A stretch of 64,000 bases of DNA from contig JAKSOL010000003.1 in the NCBI GenBank assembly GCA_024405635.1, forward strand, positions 1 to 64,000. Reading direction: 5' to 3'. This document shows positions 10,501 to 20,019 of the stretch, piece after piece (position 1 is the stretch's first letter; each line of letters opens with the position of its first letter). Source of the DNA: Salinivirgaceae bacterium (GTDB lineage: Bacteria; Bacteroidota; Bacteroidia; Bacteroidales; SZUA-534). A program made the translations under genes and the position numbers. The notes under the pieces were generated by a model. That model made no database searches and was not told the origin of the DNA. It saw nothing but the letters and a program-made list of their open reading frames with translations.

Positions 10501-11257
10501 GCAATGCAAATCGGCACGATAATGCTAATGCTACAAGAAAAAAGAACCTATGGTTGCTCATTCGGTTTCGGCGAATGCCTTGCTGCATGTATAACAAAAT
10601 AAGCAACACCGCTATGGTTAGTAGCGGATAAACCACCATGCGTTTTTGTGTGGTATTGTCGTTGCTATTAAAACTAAACGAGAACAAATAATCGCCGTTG
10701 CGATTAAACACGGCATCGTTGTCGTCGGCCGAACCTTCAACAATGTCTATGTTGTCGTTCAATTCAAACGACGGATGAAACTCGTTGCGCAGAAATTGGT
10801 TTTCGTACTGAAAAACACGCTTAATGTCAATTGTGGCAACAACACTATAGTTATCCTGTGTGCTATAAATCGATTCAACATAGCAGTTGCTACATTTTAC
10901 AAGCGGCTTTGAAAACCAAAAAGCCGATGTGGGCAAATCGGTTGAGTTGTTGGTCCAAAACATTAGGCGCTTACCTTGGTACACATAAAACGAAATTCCT
11001 TTGTTTTGGCACAAACGGTCAAATCGTTGTGCATTGCGTTGTGTATAGCTATCAAGATTTCCGTTAACAACATAATTCATCAGCGAGTCAATGTAGCGCT
11101 CGGCATCGCGCTCTTTTGAGTGCAAATTGTTGGTAAACGACTGCGTGTTTGGCTTGTTTATTTGCGTAATGTGATTAGGGTCAAGCACATATATAGCAGT
11201 TGCTAAACAAATAATAGCCAAAATAAGAAGCCTATGTCGTATAAAAAAACGGTACAT
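7586..11257 (-). CDS. Large multi-TM sensor histidine kinase (NtrY-like, HAMP-HisKA-HATPase)
   Basis: EMARQIAHEIKNPLTP H-box, NLIKNA, DNGCGI, GTGLGL; many TM segments. Confidence 0.92.
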   Translation of the reverse strand: MYRFFIRHRLLILAIICLATAIYVLDPNHITQINKPNTQSFTNNLHSKERDAERYIDSLMNYVVNGNLDSYTQRNAQRFDRLCQNKGISFYVYQGKRLMFWTNNSTDLPTSAFWFSKPLVKCSNCYVESIYSTQDNYSVVATIDIKRVFQYENQFLRNEFHPSFELNDNIDIVEGSADDNDAVFNRNGDYLFSFSFNSNDNTTQKRMVVYPLLTIAVLLILLYMQQGIRRNRMSNHRFFFLVALALSCRFALQFWLPLSLYLQIPIFRPEIYASSILFPSLGDLLITSALVAYLVFVYYFKVHMLRINRFSHLRLFNNAFVWLLTLALVFFSANYITTTLVHDSSFQLENYSIIGMSSFNWVGNVVVALWFVSFAFLLDKSAIQQLKFYNFGKIALGIILFCFIASVTWWAVWPQTFDFYACITFACILLTWTYMRSRNAIGYSTMVIAIAMFSMYSTLLMHHETEERKDANSKVIAVNLAQAQDPTAELVLADVLTQIKTDTTLAKLLRPANYDIDLVRRHMQNTYFVGYLTRYNFNLNICKPNDMIDGQSAVSYYNRFVRNNTQQTQVAGLYRINDLAKGSYYVRSQIPLGKHQGFATLFIGLSVKVNYDVLGYPELLLEKPSNFTPYISSCSYAKYMNNKLISHAGAYEYPFEKLINTNNKEFATVETNGYKHLIYQSDSNNSTVVSTPITSKFDLLVAFTSIFIFLLIIISLMAIFSNPYTKLFDIRFSIRNKIMISIVAILILSGVVIVLSVGYYTINNFRRTQNEVLTSNLHSVLVELEQKYANTNNIARISESELNNTLAAYANIFFADINLYDRAGDLVATSRKEIFTRQLTSRKMHPIAYHELATNRRPQFLHPEKIGKLEYYSAYAPLRNQNNKLLGYLNVPYFAKNKSLQQELINITVTVINIYLVLMMVSVLLAVLLASRITRPLLEVQQRIREIGLQKSNQRVEYHGDDEVAELVNEYNIMLEELSISAAKLAKSEREGAWREMARQIAHEIKNPLTPMKLSIQLLERSRANNDPDFEQRFEHTANTIIEQIDSLTTIANTFSQFAKMSEGKQETVDLVERISQSVDTYQSTPNTTIIFNKPNSAVLIQADKERMLQVFNNLIKNATQAIPKNRKGKIIITMRNMKGRATVEIKDNGCGINAETEKKLFQPNFTTKKSGTGLGLAIVKAIVSEAGGAIWFYSKPGRGTSFFVSFPLLNVANVDLAEQNEN

Positions 11258-11261
11258 ATTT

Positions 11262-11735
11262 TTACTCGTGGTGATAAGGTTCGCCCTTCAAAATAGTGTG
11301 GCAGCGATACAATTGTTCAACAAACAATAATCTTACCAATTGATGCGGAAAAGTAAGTTTCGATAGCGATATTTTTTCGTTAGCCCGTTTGTAAACAGCA
11401 TCGCTGAATCCATAAGGACCGCCAATTACAAACACAAGGTTTTTTATTCCTTTACTTTGAATGCCACCCATCCATTGCGCCATTTGCATCGAAGTACGTT
11501 CTATACCATGCTCGTCAAGCAGCGCAACATAATCTTGCGACCCTATTTGCTTCAAAATCATCTCGCCCTCTTTTTCTTTTTGAACCGCCGCCGACATGTT
11601 TTTTGAGTTTTTAATATCGGGCAACACCACAAAATCAAACGGCCAATAATGCACTATTCGTTGAGTGTATTTTTTTATGCCCGATTCAAGAAAATCTTCG
11701 TCGGTTTTTCCTACCACAAGCAAGGTTGTTTTCAT
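11262..11735 (-). CDS. rlmH: 23S rRNA (pseudouridine1915-N3)-methyltransferase
   Basis: FVIGGPYGF, LTFPHQLVRL, EQLYR, PYHHE; start set at MKTTLL. Confidence 0.95.
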   Translation of the reverse strand: MKTTLLVVGKTDEDFLESGIKKYTQRIVHYWPFDFVVLPDIKNSKNMSAAVQKEKEGEMILKQIGSQDYVALLDEHGIERTSMQMAQWMGGIQSKGIKNLVFVIGGPYGFSDAVYKRANEKISLSKLTFPHQLVRLLFVEQLYRCHTILKGEPYHHE

Positions 11736-11821
11736 CTGGTTAACGAAGTTATTTTGTAAAACTGAATTACATTTGTAGCGTTTTGCCACACGGCATAAAC
11801 ATCGAGGTCAAAAATAGCAAA

Positions 11822-12235
11822 ATGATGCGTAACCAGTTAAAAAACATTTTGTTGCTAATGATAGTGCTGATGGGCTTTTGCGCACCATGCAAGGCCCAAC
11901 TGCAAGTAGCCGACTCTTCGTCGGTTGAGTTTATCATTAACGCACTTCGCAATGGCGATGCCGACCAACTATCGGAACTATTTAACCAGCGCATCGAACT
12001 GCTAGTTAACGACCACAACTCCATTTGCAGCCGCAAACACGCAAAACGCATCATGAGCGCTTTTTTTGAAAACCACAAACCAACTTCGGTTTATGTGGTT
12101 AACAACAACGTAACCGATGGCAGCAGCAACGTAATTGGCTCCATTATTACCGAAGAGGGCCGGTTTCGCTTAAGTTTTCTTACAAAACAAGAACTTAATA
12201 GACAATTTATTTATCAATTAACAATAGAAGAATAA
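11822..12235 (+). CDS. DUF4783-like exported protein
   Basis: Signal peptide, ALRNGDADQLSELF; rlmH-DUF4783-nadC arrangement typical of Bacteroidetes. Confidence 0.7.
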   Translation: MMRNQLKNILLLMIVLMGFCAPCKAQLQVADSSSVEFIINALRNGDADQLSELFNQRIELLVNDHNSICSRKHAKRIMSAFFENHKPTSVYVVNNNVTDGSSNVIGSIITEEGRFRLSFLTKQELNRQFIYQLTIEE

Positions 12236-13083
12236 TGAACGAACAAGAGTATTACAAAGCATTTATTGCTCAAGCAATTTTAGAAGATGTTGGCGATGGC
12301 GACCACACTTCGTTAAGTACAATTCCTGCCGACCAAATGGGTAAAGCCCAACTTTTGGTTAAACAAGACGGCATTTTGGCTGGCGTTGAGGTGGCTCAAA
12401 TGGTTTTCAACTATTTTGACCCTGAACTTAAAATGGAGGTGTTTATTAAAGATGGTACTCCAGTAAAAAAAGGCGACGTGGCTTTTACCGTTGAGGGAAA
12501 AAAACTATCGATTTTGCAAACCGAGCGCCTTGTGCTAAACTTTATGCAACGCATGAGCGGCATTGCTACCACAACAAACGAGTATGTTAAACGCCTTGAG
12601 GGTACCAAAACCCGTGTGCTCGACACTCGCAAAACCACTCCAGGAATGCGCTTGTTCGAAAAATGGGCAGTTCGTCTTGGTGGAGGTTGCAACCATCGCA
12701 TTGGCCTTTACGACATGATTTTGATTAAAGACAACCACATCGATTTTGCTGGCGGCATTCCTCAAGCCATTAACCGCGCTCACTACTACCTAAACCACAA
12801 AGGCAAAGACCTAAAGATTGAAATTGAGGCTCGCTCGTTTGACGAAATTCGCCAAATTATGGAAGTGGGCGGTGTTGACCGTATTATGATTGACAACTTT
12901 AACATTGAAGACACCCGCAAAGCTGTTGAAATGATTGGTGGCCGATATGAAACCGAATCGTCGGGTGGCATTACCATCGAAAACTTGCGCGAGTATGCCG
13001 AGTGTGGTGTCGATTTTATTTCGGTTGGCGCCCTTACTCACCAAATTCGTAGCCTCGATATGAGCCTTAAAGCAATTGGATAA
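12235..13083 (+). CDS. nadC: Nicotinate-nucleotide pyrophosphorylase (carboxylating)
   Basis: DTRKTTPG, NHRIGLYD, LIKDNH, SVGALTH. Confidence 0.97.
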   Translation: MNEQEYYKAFIAQAILEDVGDGDHTSLSTIPADQMGKAQLLVKQDGILAGVEVAQMVFNYFDPELKMEVFIKDGTPVKKGDVAFTVEGKKLSILQTERLVLNFMQRMSGIATTTNEYVKRLEGTKTRVLDTRKTTPGMRLFEKWAVRLGGGCNHRIGLYDMILIKDNHIDFAGGIPQAINRAHYYLNHKGKDLKIEIEARSFDEIRQIMEVGGVDRIMIDNFNIEDTRKAVEMIGGRYETESSGGITIENLREYAECGVDFISVGALTHQIRSLDMSLKAIG

Positions 13084-13106
13084 TTGCTAGTAAGGTGTTT
13101 TTTTAT

Positions 13107-13158
13107 ACAATTGGAGTTGTAATTTTTTAGCAAGACAGTTTGTTACAACTCCAATTGT
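13107..13158. repeat. Perfect 16-bp inverted repeat with 20-nt spacer
   Basis: ACAATTGGAGTTGTAA (13107-13122) / TTACAACTCCAATTGT (13143-13158). Confidence 0.85.
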
Positions 13159-13183
13159 TTGTTCCTTTATTAATTTGAATGAA

Positions 13184-13957
13184 ATGAAAAAAACTCTGCT
13201 CACACTGATTGTTGCTTTTGCTACCGTAATTGCTTTTGCGCAAGAAACAGGTTTAGCATCGTTCTATCACGATAAATTTGAGGGAAAAACAACGGCAAGC
13301 GGTGAAACTTTTCACCAAGACGCGGCCACTGCTGCACACCGCACTTTGCCATTTGGCACCCGCGTGCGCGTTACCAACCTCGACAATAACTTGTGGGCCG
13401 ATGTTACTATTAACGACCGCGGTCCGTTTGCCGCGGTCCGAGTGATTGACCTTACCCGTTCGGTGGCAAAAAAACTGCAGTTTATTGAAAAAGGTACCAC
13501 AAAAGTCAAGGTTGAGGTGCTTGATGCCAACGGCAACGTTAAAACCGAAGCTAAAGCCGATGCTCCAAAGTCCGTGACAAAAACAGCCGACAAATCTGAA
13601 ACAAAAGCTGACAAAACTCCAGAATGGCCAGGTGCTAAAAAAGATAAATCGGTAAAAGAAACCGAACCAACCGCAACCGACATGCCTGAGGCAAACTACT
13701 ACAAAATGCAGTCAACTCGCGTTAAAGCATCGGGCTACGGCGTGCAAGTTGCAAGCTATCAGGAGGTTGCCAATTTGCTTGAACACTACATCAGCATTAG
13801 CCAACGCGTTGACCACGACTGCCTTATTCAAGTTACCGAGGTGGCCGACCGCAAAGTTTATCGTGTTATTGTTGGTCCGTTTGACTCGCGCGAAAAGGCC
13901 GAACAATTTAAACGTAAGTTGAGCGATTTTGACGGTTGTTACATCATTCAGCTATAA
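13184..13957 (+). CDS. rlpA: Septal ring lytic transglycosylase RlpA family protein with SPOR domain
   Basis: GLASFY, TASGE, AAHRTLPFGT, INDRGPF; C-terminal YGVQV...YRVIVGPF. Confidence 0.9.
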   Translation: MKKTLLTLIVAFATVIAFAQETGLASFYHDKFEGKTTASGETFHQDAATAAHRTLPFGTRVRVTNLDNNLWADVTINDRGPFAAVRVIDLTRSVAKKLQFIEKGTTKVKVEVLDANGNVKTEAKADAPKSVTKTADKSETKADKTPEWPGAKKDKSVKETEPTATDMPEANYYKMQSTRVKASGYGVQVASYQEVANLLEHYISISQRVDHDCLIQVTEVADRKVYRVIVGPFDSREKAEQFKRKLSDFDGCYIIQL

Positions 13958-13960
13958 ACT

Positions 13961-14821
13961 ATGGACGTAGCAATTTATAGCCGCACATTTGAGCCACAAC
14001 ACGAACCTGTTCTTAGGTCGTTGTTTAAGGCGTTGAGCAAATACAACGCATCGGTGTGGCTACATCCAACGCTTGCCAGTTGGAAAGACGCTAAAAAATT
14101 TACCAGCATAAAATTGCTTGAACAAGCAACCGCAACACTCGATTTTATTATTGTTGTGGGCGGCGATGGCAGTTTTTTGCAAGCTGTGTGCGAGTTCGAC
14201 CGACTAAAAGTTCCATTCATCGGCATCAATATGGGCCGACTTGGTTTTTTGGCCGATGTGTCGCCCGAAAATATTGGAATGGCAATAGATAATCTGGTTA
14301 ATGGCGAGTACATGGTTGAGCGTCGCACTTTGCTCAATTTGTTACCGCACATCGACGAGATTGCCTATCCCCACGCATTGAACGAAATAACCGTTCACAA
14401 GCGCGAACGTTCGCAAATGATAACCATTCACACACAAATTGATGGTCGTTTTTTGACTAGTTATTGGGCCGATGGCTTAATTATAGCAACTCCCACAGGA
14501 TCAACAGCTTACTCAATGAGCGCAGGCGGTCCAATTGTTTCACCTTCGTCAAAAAACTTTATAATCACACCTATTGCTTCGCACGCTCTAACGGTTAGAC
14601 CTTTGATTATTCCCGATAGCAGCGAGATTAAAATTGTGGTTGAGGCGCGCGATTCGGACTACATGCTCACTGTCGATTCGCACTCTGTTGTTCTTGATCG
14701 CCCAATGGAGCTCACCATTAAAAAAAGCGACAGGTCAATTCAGGTTGTGAAATTCCACGAACAAAACTTTTTCGACACCTTGCGAAACAAACTTATGTGG
14801 GGCGCCGATAAACGTAACTAA
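13961..14821 (+). CDS. nadK: NAD kinase
   Basis: GGDGS, GRLGFL, ALNE, DGLIIATPTGSTAYSMSAGG. Confidence 0.95.
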   Translation: MDVAIYSRTFEPQHEPVLRSLFKALSKYNASVWLHPTLASWKDAKKFTSIKLLEQATATLDFIIVVGGDGSFLQAVCEFDRLKVPFIGINMGRLGFLADVSPENIGMAIDNLVNGEYMVERRTLLNLLPHIDEIAYPHALNEITVHKRERSQMITIHTQIDGRFLTSYWADGLIIATPTGSTAYSMSAGGPIVSPSSKNFIITPIASHALTVRPLIIPDSSEIKIVVEARDSDYMLTVDSHSVVLDRPMELTIKKSDRSIQVVKFHEQNFFDTLRNKLMWGADKRN

Positions 14822-14836
14822 TTGTAGATTAATAAA

Positions 14837-17761
14837 ATGGGCAGACGCATAATCAACTTTACATTTGTTTTGCTGACTATGCTTTGCGCATCGTGCCACA
14901 AGCAACACAGCGTGGTTGTGCGCACCGACGAAAATGGATTTAAATACGAGTCGGTGGTGGGCGACATTTTTAACAGCAGGTTATACACCTTACGCAACGG
15001 CATGCGAGTAATGTTGAGCGAAAACCACGAAGAGCCTCGCATCAAATCGCACATTAGCGTCAATTCGGGCTCTATTAACGACCCTGACGACTATCAAGGC
15101 CTGTTTTACAGCATGATGCACGTAATGGGCAAAGGCTCGGCTCAATTAGGAACACTTAACTGGGAAAAAGAAGAGCCCATTTTAAACCAAATAGCGCAAA
15201 AATATGAGGCCTATCGGTCAGAAACTGATGCCGAAAAACGTCGCAATATTTATCATCAAATAGATAGCCTATCGGGCGAGGCGGCTAAGTATTCGGTGCT
15301 CGACGAATACAATAAACTGGTGTCGGGACTTGGAGCAAAAGACATTCAGAGCGCAACAGCCGAAGATTTGATGCTTTTTACAATTGACATACCGTCAAAC
15401 GAACTCGAACGCTGGTTGTTGATTGAATCGGAGCGACTTTTTAACATGGTGCCACGTTATTTTCATACTGAAATGGAGGTGGTGTACGAGGGGTACAACA
15501 AGTCGCTAAACCGATCAACTGTAAACTTGTTACGAGCACTTAAACGCAAAGTGCTACAAAATACAAGATATGGCAGAGGGCTAACACTTGGCAATCCCGA
15601 ACACTTAAAAAATCCGTCAATTGATAGCATAATGAGTTACTACAAGCATTATTTCGTTCCACACAATATGCTTATGTGCTTGCAAGGCGATTTTAAATGC
15701 GACGATGCTATTTTGTTGATTGATAGATATTTTGGTAGTGTACCGCGAGTTGAAAGCATTGAAAAAACAGAAGAAAAATATGCCAATGTTGAGCAACGAT
15801 TTGATACTGTTGTGTATGATCATGGCAAACCAATGGTGGCTATTGGCTATTTGGGTCAAAATGTAACCGACGACCACTTGTTTATGATGATACTAAACGG
15901 CATGTTGTGCAATGGTCAAATTGGCTTGCTTGACGACCTTAAAAGCAATCATCAGTTGTTAAACGTTGGAGTACGAAACCGATACAATAGCCTTGCTCAC
16001 GTATTGTGCATCATAGGCGAGCCCAAAAATGACCAGTCGTTGCCTGAGGTTCGCGATATGATTTTGGCCGAAGTGGAGAAAATTTGCAACGACAACTTTG
16101 ACGATTTTCTGTTTGAAGGCGCCAAGAATTTCAGCAAGAAAAAAATAAACAACGAACTGCACGACGATTATGTAGGCGAAGTGGTATTTAGTTTAGCTTG
16201 GGGCTACACATGGCAACAATACTTGAGCAAAATTGAGCGCATTAACACAATAACTCGCAAAGAATTTGTCGATTTTGCCAACCAACATTTAAAAAATCCA
16301 ACCATTTTTCTGAAATATCATGGAGTTGACTCGTCGGCGCATAAAATTGAAAAGCCTGAAATAACAAGCATTAGTACGCAAACCGATCAGCAATCAAACT
16401 TTTATTCAACTGTAAACAACTACATAAACCAACCAATTTCGCCTGTTTTTGTCGATTATCGTCAAGCTATAAAAACAACCAAATTGGCCAACGATATTTA
16501 TTTTGATTATGTTGAGGCCGATGTTGCCGATCCTTTCAGCATAAACTATGTGATTGAGTATGGCAGCAGTAACTGCAAGTACCTGTCAATGTTGGCAAAG
16601 CACATAACAAACTTTGCAACAACCGATTATACTGCCAGCGAATTGCGAAAAAATATGTTTCGTTATGGTCTCGATTTAAGCATCAATGTGCAACCAACCA
16701 TCACAATTATCACAATGAGTGGTTTGGAAGATAATTTGGTTGAGGCAATTGACCATGTTGAGCATTTTATTTCAAAAGTTGTGGTTGATAGCGCTTTGTT
16801 AGCCGGGCAAATAGAACTTGAAAAAGCAACTCGTCGCAACAACAAAGTTGATATTGATAGCATTGCCGCAGCACTTGAGCGTTACGCAACGTATGAAAAT
16901 AAATCGCTACGCCAATGCCATTTTACCGACTACGAACTTGATAATCTTACGGTTAGCGATGCAATTGAGCAAATACGCAACATTTGCAATTATCCGCACA
17001 GGGTTTATTACTACGGGCATCGTCAGTTTAACGATGTGCTTGACATTGTGCGCAAACACCATCGGTTGCCAATTACAACATTAAAACCTCAGTTGAAAAA
17101 TTTACCTAAAGAGCGTAGGCATCCGCAGTCAAAGGTCTATTTTGTCGATTTGCCTGGAGCAACGCAAGTGTCGGTTGGTTTAACTGCAATTGACGATTTG
17201 CCCGATGCTGAACAATATGCTTACTCGTCAATTTTTAACGACATTTACGATCTTGGACAAACATCGATGGCGAGCCTTGCTGTGCGCGAAACCCGAAGCT
17301 TGTCGCATTCTGTAAAAATGAGCATGCAAATGCCGTCGTCGCTTAATAATCGCATAAGGCTAACTGCTCAACTGTTTACTCAGCCCGATAAGGTTGTTGA
17401 TGCAATTGATGTTCTGCATAAACTGGCAACTATTGAACCTTCTGACAGCGATTTGTTTGAATCGCGTCGCGATATGATTTTGCATCATATTGAGACTGAG
17501 CGTATTATACCCCCAAAACTGTATCGGTCTTGGTATCATAGCGAAATACTTTACAATATTGATTTTGATGCTCGTCAGGTTAAATATAATTTGGCTCGCT
17601 CCATTACTTTCAATCAGTTTAAACATTATTTCCGTACACATGTTGCGCAGCATCCGCAAAGCATTCTGCTTGTTGGCAACAAAAAGAATCTTGACCTTAA
17701 ATCGCTTGAGCAATTTGGCAAAGTGGAAGAGGTTAGTGTTGAAGATGTGATTGGTTATTGA
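14837..17761 (+). CDS. M16 (insulinase) family lipoprotein, probably catalytically degenerate
   Basis: YTLRNGMRV, GSINDP, NELERWL, IMSYYKHYFVPHNM; HxxEH position reads YSMMH; lipobox-like ASC. Confidence 0.85.
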   Translation: MGRRIINFTFVLLTMLCASCHKQHSVVVRTDENGFKYESVVGDIFNSRLYTLRNGMRVMLSENHEEPRIKSHISVNSGSINDPDDYQGLFYSMMHVMGKGSAQLGTLNWEKEEPILNQIAQKYEAYRSETDAEKRRNIYHQIDSLSGEAAKYSVLDEYNKLVSGLGAKDIQSATAEDLMLFTIDIPSNELERWLLIESERLFNMVPRYFHTEMEVVYEGYNKSLNRSTVNLLRALKRKVLQNTRYGRGLTLGNPEHLKNPSIDSIMSYYKHYFVPHNMLMCLQGDFKCDDAILLIDRYFGSVPRVESIEKTEEKYANVEQRFDTVVYDHGKPMVAIGYLGQNVTDDHLFMMILNGMLCNGQIGLLDDLKSNHQLLNVGVRNRYNSLAHVLCIIGEPKNDQSLPEVRDMILAEVEKICNDNFDDFLFEGAKNFSKKKINNELHDDYVGEVVFSLAWGYTWQQYLSKIERINTITRKEFVDFANQHLKNPTIFLKYHGVDSSAHKIEKPEITSISTQTDQQSNFYSTVNNYINQPISPVFVDYRQAIKTTKLANDIYFDYVEADVADPFSINYVIEYGSSNCKYLSMLAKHITNFATTDYTASELRKNMFRYGLDLSINVQPTITIITMSGLEDNLVEAIDHVEHFISKVVVDSALLAGQIELEKATRRNNKVDIDSIAAALERYATYENKSLRQCHFTDYELDNLTVSDAIEQIRNICNYPHRVYYYGHRQFNDVLDIVRKHHRLPITTLKPQLKNLPKERRHPQSKVYFVDLPGATQVSVGLTAIDDLPDAEQYAYSSIFNDIYDLGQTSMASLAVRETRSLSHSVKMSMQMPSSLNNRIRLTAQLFTQPDKVVDAIDVLHKLATIEPSDSDLFESRRDMILHHIETERIIPPKLYRSWYHSEILYNIDFDARQVKYNLARSITFNQFKHYFRTHVAQHPQSILLVGNKKNLDLKSLEQFGKVEEVSVEDVIGY

Positions 17762-17811
17762 TTTTTGTTTGCAAGCCTACTTCTTGTGCTTGACGCACAA
17801 TTGTTGTTTAC

Positions 17812-17853
17812 AAAAAAAACTGCGCCACTTGCGGGGGAGAACCGAAGTGGCGC
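17812..17853 (-). terminator. Intrinsic terminator between convergent genes
   Basis: GCGCCACTT/AAGTGGCGC stem; the A8 on its left is a U-tract on the minus strand. Confidence 0.6.
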
Positions 17854-17899
17854 GGGGGTGAAAAAAACAGATATATTAAAGTGTGTGTCTGTTACTATT

Positions 17900-18640
17900 T
17901 TAGAAAATCCATTTTAAACCAAGGCATGGATTAACTTGCCAACCATTGCTAACAAAATTGCAACCTATTTCAACCTCGGTGCCAATGTTTAGGTTGTTGC
18001 AACCAAAATGCTGGCCAATGCAGTACCAAAGTTGAGGTTCGGTTAAAAACACTATAGTTTTGTTTGTGGCGTTGTCGTTGTTGGTAGAAAATGTTTTGTT
18101 TTCGCCCCACAAATCGGCAAAACCCGAAAAAGTAAGGCCATTAACGCCAAACAAGTTGCTCATGCCCCACACAGCGGTTAGTTGCACAGGAATGTCTTGG
18201 TTGGTGTTGGCTATGCTTTTGTAAAGCAACTGCAATGTTAGCGTGTTGCTAAAGTCTTGATTATGAATAAAATATTCGGCACCAAAAAGCCAGCAGTTGT
18301 TTATGCCGTAACCGCCACCAATTGTGTTTTCGTCAATGGTATGAAAAATGCCCAAACCGCCGTTCCATTCGGCATGTAGGCTCAAAGCTCCAAGTTTGCT
18401 TTGTTGCCAAAAGTTAAAGGCCCGCGATATTTCAGCGTAAGCACCGCTAGGTGTGTATTTTTCGTTGTGGTCAATGTCAACAAAGAAAAATGTGCTGCCC
18501 CAGTTGTCGCCCTTAAACATTTCAAGAGTGGTGGTTAGGTGTTGGCGGTCGGAGCCAAAGTCGTAAAACTCTTGAATGTTAACTTGAGCTGTTGAGCTAA
18601 TTGATAAAAGTGCTGTTAATGCTAGTAGTAACTTTTTCAT
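17900..18640 (-). CDS. DUF5020 / Tsx-like nucleoside channel outer-membrane protein
   Basis: NIQEFYDFG, TTTLEMFKGDNWGSTFFFVD, TEPQLWY, terminal aromatic residue; signal peptide MKKLLL. Confidence 0.8.
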   Translation of the reverse strand: MKKLLLALTALLSISSTAQVNIQEFYDFGSDRQHLTTTLEMFKGDNWGSTFFFVDIDHNEKYTPSGAYAEISRAFNFWQQSKLGALSLHAEWNGGLGIFHTIDENTIGGGYGINNCWLFGAEYFIHNQDFSNTLTLQLLYKSIANTNQDIPVQLTAVWGMSNLFGVNGLTFSGFADLWGENKTFSTNNDNATNKTIVFLTEPQLWYCIGQHFGCNNLNIGTEVEIGCNFVSNGWQVNPCLGLKWIF

Positions 18641-18735
18641 TTGTTGTGTAGTTTTCAAATGCAAAGAAACCGTATTTGTTGTTAGCAACCATTTTCTTAA
18701 AGGTTAAAGAAACAAACAAGATTTTCACAAAAACT

Positions 18736-18770
18736 AAAAAAGCGCACCCAATTTTATTGAATGCGCTTTT
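18736..18770 (-). terminator. Terminator after the OMP paralog array
   Basis: AAAAGCGCA...TGCGCTTTT stem with a U-tract on the minus strand. Confidence 0.6.
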
Positions 18771-18793
18771 GTTTGCTGCAACAAACAGCGGGG

Positions 18794-19342
18794 TTAAAAC
18801 CTATATCCAACACCTGCCGAGCAAATGCCTTTGTAGCCCACACCAATTTCAACAGTTCCATATAATTTGCTACCGTAGCGAATACCGCAAGTGGTAATGT
18901 GGCCAATAACTTTAATGTTGTTGCGGTAAGAGTATCGGCAAAAACCGCCCGAAAGTCCTGAGTAGATGGCAAATTTGTCGGTGTTTACATAAACTGCACG
19001 CACCGATGTCATTGCGCCAAAAAGGAACGAGGTAACTGACTCTTTAGTTGTGCGGTTGTCGACGTATAAAAATTTATTGCATGATGCTGCATTTACTACC
19101 ACATCGCAACCAATTTGAATAAAACGAATTGGCTCGTATAAAGCGCTTATTGCTAAAGCTGGGAGGCAACGATCAATATACAATTCGTTGTAGTTTGAGT
19201 CTTCGCCGTCAAAATAGTTGTTGCCTATTGCGTTGTTTTCGCCAACGGTTATTTGCAAGTTCATTTTTGGGGTAAACTCTTGAGCTTGTGTTGCTATGCT
19301 AAAAAGTAGTGCAATTGCTGAAAGTAATATCTTGTTTTTCAT
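18794..19342 (-). CDS. Small outer-membrane beta-barrel protein, paralog 7
   Basis: Signal peptide; C-terminus GIRYGSKLYGTVEIGVGYKGICSAGVGYRF. Confidence 0.85.
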   Translation of the reverse strand: MKNKILLSAIALLFSIATQAQEFTPKMNLQITVGENNAIGNNYFDGEDSNYNELYIDRCLPALAISALYEPIRFIQIGCDVVVNAASCNKFLYVDNRTTKESVTSFLFGAMTSVRAVYVNTDKFAIYSGLSGGFCRYSYRNNIKVIGHITTCGIRYGSKLYGTVEIGVGYKGICSAGVGYRF

Positions 19343-19380
19343 ATAATTACAAAAGTTAAGGTTGAACATGTTGTTGCTGG

Positions 19381-19986
19381 TTAGTTAAACTTGTAACCAA
19401 TACCTGCGGTTAGCAAACCTTTGTAGCCGCTTCCCATTTCAAATGTTCCGTATAATTTTTTGCCCAGCGTTACGCCAAAGTAGGTTACTTGAGCAAAACA
19501 AAACACATCGGCAAAACGCTCCTTTTCGTTGTAGTTTAAGTGTCCTTTGCACCAACGCTCGTAGCCCCAACCAAATGATGCGCCTGAGTACATGGTTAGT
19601 TTTTCTTGTTTAGCATAGGTAAATCGGCCTGTAAAAATTGATCCGTAAATAATGCTTTCGTAATGGTCGGGGGCATTGTTGCTATTTATTTTGTCGAGGT
19701 AAGCATCACCTTTAAAGTAAAACGCCTCGCAACCTATTTGAATAAATCGTGCTAAGTCGTAAAAAACGCCAACGTTTATTATTGGGCTATTTTGTTGACT
19801 AATAGTATTGTAAACCTCGCGGTCGTAATGGCTTATTGCTTCAAATTTTAAAATGCCGACGTTTGACGTATAGTGTGGGTGCGACAGCGTAACTTGTACC
19901 AAAATGGGTTTGTGCTCATTTTCGGTTTGGGCATTTGCGGTTAACGTGCAAGCTGCCAACAATATATATAGAAGTGCTTTTTTCAT
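19381..19986 (-). CDS. Small outer-membrane beta-barrel protein, paralog 6
   Basis: Signal peptide; C-terminus GKKLYGTFEMGSGYKGLLTAGIGYKFN. Confidence 0.85.
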   Translation of the reverse strand: MKKALLYILLAACTLTANAQTENEHKPILVQVTLSHPHYTSNVGILKFEAISHYDREVYNTISQQNSPIINVGVFYDLARFIQIGCEAFYFKGDAYLDKINSNNAPDHYESIIYGSIFTGRFTYAKQEKLTMYSGASFGWGYERWCKGHLNYNEKERFADVFCFAQVTYFGVTLGKKLYGTFEMGSGYKGLLTAGIGYKFN

Positions 19987-20019
19987 TGTTGTTGAGTTAA
20001 AAATGAGTGAATGTTGATG

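Noticed and set aside
7586-11257. Orphan large histidine kinase as a novel system
   Set aside because: Its catalytic boxes are intact, and orphan kinases of this type are common in Bacteroidetes.
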